DNA from: Candidatus Eiseniibacteriota bacterium
GTDB lineage: Bacteria > Eisenbacteria > RBG-16-71-46 > CAVPCR01
Reading direction: 5' to 3'
Length of the DNA stretch: 64,000 nucleotides
Assembly: GCA_963702435.1 (NCBI GenBank)
Contig: CAVPCR010000003.1
Coordinates: 224,001-288,000 of the forward strand
Shown here in pieces: positions 60,377-64,000 of this stretch. Below the pieces are notes generated by a model that was not told the origin of the DNA, did no database searches, and worked only from the letters and a program-made list of their open reading frames with translations. A program made the translations under genes and the position numbers. The first letter of the stretch is position 1. Every line of letters starts with the position of its first letter.

Positions 60377-62038
60377 ATGTCTGCGATGCAGAGGCTCTGG
60401 CTTTCGCTCTCCCTTCTCTCCTGGCTCCTCGCCGCCGGCGGCGCCACCGCGGTCTTCGCCGCCGACCCCGCCGCCGAGGAGAACCTGCTCGAGCGGCTGC
60501 GCACGTTCAACGACATCCTTCGCCTCGTGCGCGCGAACTACGTGGACGATGTGGATGCGGCGGCCCTCATGGACGGCGCGATCGACGGCCTCCTCGAGGA
60601 TCTCGACCCGCACTCGAACTACGTGGACGCCAAGCGCTCGGCCGAGATGAACGAGCGCTACCGCGGCGAGTACTTCGGCATCGGCATCTCCTTCGCCATC
60701 CGCGACGGCTACCTCACCGTCATCTCCCCGATCGAGGGCAGCCCGTCCGATCGCCTCGGCATCCGGGCCGGCGACCGCGTCGTCAAGATCAACGGCGAGT
60801 CGGCGATGGGCATCAGCGAGAACGAGGTGTTCGAGAAGCTGCGCGGGCCCGAGGGCACGACCGTGCACGTCTCGATCCAGCGCCCCGGCCGCGAGGAGCT
60901 GATCGAGCTCGACATCACGCGCGAGCGGATCGCGCTGAAGAGCGTGCCCTATGCCTTCATGCTGGACCGGGAGACCGGCTACGTGCGCATGGTCCTCTTC
61001 TCCGCCACCACCGGCCAGGAGCTCGATGCTGCGCTCGGCACCCTCGAAGGGGCCGGCATGAAGCGGCTCGTCCTCGATCTCCGCGGCAATGCCGGCGGGC
61101 TCCTCGAGCAGGCGGTCGAGGTCGCCGACAAGTTCATCGACGGGCGGAAGCTCCTCGTCTTCCAGAAGGGGCGCGTCGGCGGCGCCAGCGAAGAGCACTA
61201 TGGGACCGACGCCGATCGCCATCCGCGCGTCCCGCTCATCGTCCTCATCGACCACGGCAGCGCCTCCGCCTCGGAGATCGTGGCGGGCGCGGTCCAGGAC
61301 TGGGATCGCGGGCTCGTCGCCGGCCAGACGAGCTTCGGGAAGGGGCTCGTCCAGCGCCAGTTCCGGCTGCGCGACGGGTCGGCCCTCTTCCTCACCATCG
61401 CCCGCTACTACACGCCGAGCGGCCGCTTGATCCAGCGCGACTACGTGGCCGGCGACCGCACGGAGTACTACGCCGAGGGTCTCGACGACGAGGACCCGAA
61501 CGCCACGCCCGATTCGGCGGCGGCCCGTCCCATCTTCCACACGGCGTCCGGGCGCGCGGTCTACGGCGGGGGCGGGATCACGCCGGACGTCGCGATCGAG
61601 CCGCCGACCTTCACGCCGGCCCAGGAGACGATCGAGCGGGCGAGCCTCCCCTTCACCTTCGCCAACGCCTACGTCGGGCAGAGCGGGTTCAGCTACCCGG
61701 CCGGCTTCGAGCGCTTCCTCGCCGACTACGAGATGGACGACGCGACCTGGCGGGAGTTCCTCGACCATGCGGCGAAGAGCGACGCGAAGCTCACCCGCGA
61801 GGAGCTCACGGCGGAGCGGCCCTACGTCGCGCGCAGCGTCAAGCGGGAGATCGCCGGGAACGTGTGGGGGCCGACCGAGCGCTACCGCGTGCTCCTCGCG
61901 AGCGACCCGGTGCTCAAGGAAGCGCGCACGCTCTTCCCGCAGGCGAGCGAGTTCCTGGCGCTCACCGCCAAGGATGACGGCCTGCCGGGCGCCGGCGAGC
62001 GCGGTCCGAGCCCGGTGCCGCGCAGCGCGAAGAACTAG
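60377..62038 (+). CDS. ctpA: S41 family C-terminal processing peptidase with PDZ domain, copy 2
   Basis: LDPHSNY, GIGISF, DLRGNAGG, SASASEIVAGAVQDWDRG, SFGKGLVQ, RYYTPSGR; ATG 60377 follows GAGGAAGGA. Confidence 0.9.
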   Translation: MSAMQRLWLSLSLLSWLLAAGGATAVFAADPAAEENLLERLRTFNDILRLVRANYVDDVDAAALMDGAIDGLLEDLDPHSNYVDAKRSAEMNERYRGEYFGIGISFAIRDGYLTVISPIEGSPSDRLGIRAGDRVVKINGESAMGISENEVFEKLRGPEGTTVHVSIQRPGREELIELDITRERIALKSVPYAFMLDRETGYVRMVLFSATTGQELDAALGTLEGAGMKRLVLDLRGNAGGLLEQAVEVADKFIDGRKLLVFQKGRVGGASEEHYGTDADRHPRVPLIVLIDHGSASASEIVAGAVQDWDRGLVAGQTSFGKGLVQRQFRLRDGSALFLTIARYYTPSGRLIQRDYVAGDRTEYYAEGLDDEDPNATPDSAAARPIFHTASGRAVYGGGGITPDVAIEPPTFTPAQETIERASLPFTFANAYVGQSGFSYPAGFERFLADYEMDDATWREFLDHAAKSDAKLTREELTAERPYVARSVKREIAGNVWGPTERYRVLLASDPVLKEARTLFPQASEFLALTAKDDGLPGAGERGPSPVPRSAKN

Positions 62039-62044
62039 GCGCGA

Positions 62045-62443
62045 TCAGTCCCCGGACTCGGGGGCCGGCGCCTCGCCGCCGGCCTCGCCGCCGCGCTCGA
62101 GCGACTCGAGGTACTCGGTGACCAGCGCGAGCGCCTGCTCGTAGTCCTCGGGCGCCACCAGCACCTGCCCCCAGTATCCCGTCAGGTTGCTCATGAGACC
62201 GTCGGCCCACGGGATCTGGCCCGAGCGGACGAGGCTCCGGATCTCCTCGGCGGCGAGCACGCGCTCGACCGCGAGGGCCGAGAACTCGTCGGGAGCGCGG
62301 TACACGGCGCGCAGCTCGACCCACACCAGCTCGCGATCCGGCTCCTCGCTCTCGGCGCCCGGCTCGAGCCGGGCGCGGCAGGGCCAGCACACATCGGCGT
62401 GTTCGGCATACTCGGTGTGGCAGCGCGGACAGCGTCGGGCCAT
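62045..62443 (-). CDS. Zinc-ribbon + DUF2007-like small protein
   Basis: CPRC..EY....VCWPC...L N-terminus; VLVAPEDYEQALAL C-terminal motif. Confidence 0.7.
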   Translation of the reverse strand: MARRCPRCHTEYAEHADVCWPCRARLEPGAESEEPDRELVWVELRAVYRAPDEFSALAVERVLAAEEIRSLVRSGQIPWADGLMSNLTGYWGQVLVAPEDYEQALALVTEYLESLERGGEAGGEAPAPESGD

Positions 62444-62517
62444 GGCGTTCCGGTCGGCGGCTCTCTTGGTGTCCCGGCGGAAGGGGCGGGCGCTCGCGTC
62501 GAACGAGCGCCAAGGTG

Positions 62518-62593
62518 TGGCGGGCCGTGCTGGGCTCGAACCAGCGCACCCCTGCTTAAAAGGCAGGTGCTCTGCCAACTGAGCTAACGGCCC
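62518..62593 (-). tRNA. tRNA-Lys (anticodon UUU), CCA encoded
   Basis: GGGCCGT-TA-GCTC AGTTGGCA GAGC-A-CCTGC CTTTTAA GCAGG-GGTGC-GCTGG TTCGAGC CCAGC-ACGGCCC-GCCA; 76-nt cloverleaf. Confidence 0.97.
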
Positions 62594-62599
62594 GCAGTG

Positions 62600-62628
62600 A
62601 TTGTGCGGGGAAGGAGGGAGCGCGTCAA
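62600..62628 (-). promoter_or_regulatory. Putative sigma70 promoter of tRNA-Lys
   Basis: TTGACG-17nt-CACAAT ending 6 nt before the tRNA 5' end. Confidence 0.6.
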
Positions 62629-63947
62629 TCGGCGACTGCCGACGCCGTACCGAGCGCCGCGGGATCGCCGAGCCGCACCGTGTCGTCGCGCCGACTCCCG
62701 ACCGAGGCGAGGACCACCGGGACGCCGGTCTCCGCCGCGATGAGATCCAGGTAGTCGCGCGCGGCGCGCGGCAGCTCGCCCGGCGTGCGCGCCCCGCGCG
62801 TGGGCGAACGCCAGCCCGCGACCGCGCGGTAGACCGGACGCGCCGCCGCCAGCTCGACCTCGGGCCACCACGCCCCGCGCGGATCAGGCTCGTAGGCCAT
62901 GCACACCGGAATGGTCTCCATGCCGTCGAGCACGTCGAGCTTGGTCACCGCGAGCGCATCGCAGCCCGACAGCCGCACGGCGCGGCGCAGGCCGACGAGA
63001 TCGAGCCAGCCGCAGCGGCGCGGGCGGCCGGTCGTCGCCCCGAACTCGCCCCCCGCCTCGCGGAGCGCGGCGGCCGCCGCCGGCTCGAGCTCGGTCGGGA
63101 ACGGACCGAGTCCGACCCGGGTCGTGTAGGCCTTCGCGACTCCGATCACGCGATCGATCGCGCGCGGGCCGAGCCCGATGCCGGTCAGCGCGCCGCCGGC
63201 GATCGTGCTCGAGGACGTGACGAAGGGATACGTGCCGTGATCGAGATCGAGGAGCGTCCCCTGCGCGCCCTCGACGAGGACGCGCTGCCCGGCGGCGAGC
63301 GCGCCGGCGACGAGCGCCGAGACATCGGCGACGAGCGGGGCGAGCCGCTTCCCGTGCGCGACGAACTCGGCGTGGAGCGCCTGCGGATCGAGCTCCGCCC
63401 CGGCGGCGCGCACCGCCTCCGGCCCGAGGCGGGCGCCGACCTCGGCCAGGTTCAGGGCGAGGAGCTCGCGCAGGCGATCGGGAACGAGGAGATCCACGAC
63501 CCGGATGCCGCGCCGCGCCGCTTTCCGCGCGTAGGCCGGGCCGATGCCGCGAAGCGTCGTCCCCACGCGTCCCGCTTCGGCCCCCGCCTCATCGGCACGC
63601 TCGATGACGCGGTGGTAGGGCATGATGATGTGCGCCCGCGGATCGATGCGGAGCCGGCTCTCGACCTCGATCCCGTGCCGCGCGAGATCTGCGATCTCCT
63701 GGAGGAGCGCGCTCACGTCGATGACGACGCCGCTCCCGAGCGCACAGGTCTTCCCGGGACGGAGCGCCCCGGTCGGCAGGAGGTGGAGCACGAAGGTCTC
63801 CGTGCCGAGGACGACCGTGTGACCGGCATTCGGACCGCCCTGGCAGCGGGCGACCACGGCGGCATCCTCCGCCAGGAGATCGACGATCTTGCCCTTCCCC
63901 TCATCGCCCCACTGGGCGCCCACGATCACCGTGACCGGCACGCTCAC
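62625..63947 (-). CDS. purA: Adenylosuccinate synthetase
   Basis: GAQWGDEGKGK, QGGPNAGHT, GTTLRGIGPAY, EGAQGTLLDLDHGTYPFVTSS, YTTRVG.GPFPTE, EFGATTGRPRRCGWLD, TKLDVL. Confidence 0.97.
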   Translation of the reverse strand: MSVPVTVIVGAQWGDEGKGKIVDLLAEDAAVVARCQGGPNAGHTVVLGTETFVLHLLPTGALRPGKTCALGSGVVIDVSALLQEIADLARHGIEVESRLRIDPRAHIIMPYHRVIERADEAGAEAGRVGTTLRGIGPAYARKAARRGIRVVDLLVPDRLRELLALNLAEVGARLGPEAVRAAGAELDPQALHAEFVAHGKRLAPLVADVSALVAGALAAGQRVLVEGAQGTLLDLDHGTYPFVTSSSTIAGGALTGIGLGPRAIDRVIGVAKAYTTRVGLGPFPTELEPAAAAALREAGGEFGATTGRPRRCGWLDLVGLRRAVRLSGCDALAVTKLDVLDGMETIPVCMAYEPDPRGAWWPEVELAAARPVYRAVAGWRSPTRGARTPGELPRAARDYLDLIAAETGVPVVLASVGSRRDDTVRLGDPAALGTASAVAD

Positions 63948-64000
63948 CTCGTTCTTGTCTTGCCCATCCGACCGGCGACCGCAAGAGATGGCGGTCGCTA

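Noticed and set aside
58587..62038. CtpA pair as the CTD-cleaving sortase for the secreted cluster
   Set aside because: The known T9SS CTD peptidase is a C25 gingipain-like enzyme (PorU); the genes are 32 kb away and nothing in the sequence links them.
62518..62593. tRNA-Lys as an integration site
   Set aside because: No duplicated tRNA 3' end or integrase was seen nearby; flanking genes are core-like.

Overview
Very GC-rich bacterial chromosome segment from a diderm with LPS heptose, TonB and TolC genes. Every large secreted protein ends in a FlgD-Ig/T9SS-type C-terminal domain (CTD), which suggests an FCB-related candidate phylum such as Eisenbacteria, Krumholzibacteriota or Latescibacterota; this taxonomy is inference only. 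Bases 1-26.6 kb hold seven co-oriented secreted-protein genes. Five large ones (one about 3,300 aa) join variable beta-helix or adhesin N-termini to a shared chassis: cohesin-like domain, an FN3/Ig-like domain with an invariant YPEYDD motif, an atypical dockerin-like double Ca-loop, a second cohesin-like domain and the CTD. Two small genes encode only signal peptide, cohesin and CTD. This is the best candidate for an undescribed system: a non-cellulosomal cohesin-dockerin surface or matrix assembly with shuffled beta-helix cassettes. The rest is core genome: OM barrel, uvrA, Yip1/TolC/ABC ATPase, tonB-exbD-exbD-exbB, asnS, a TPR + DUF4388 pair, a 12.5-kb minus-strand run (ribD, ribE, ribBA, ribH, nusB, phosphoesterase, methyltransferase, GT4, flippase-like protein, DUF2723/TMEM260-like protein, waaF, gmhB), GT2 + GT-C, ECF sigma/anti-sigma, two S41 proteases, tRNA-Lys(UUU) and purA. 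The rib run has a structured leader without FMN-riboswitch consensus. Frameshifts cluster between about 14.3 and 35.9 kb, also hit housekeeping genes, and look like long-read indel errors. No CRISPR array, transposase, integrase or phage genes were seen. All domain calls are by-eye motif recognition, not database results.
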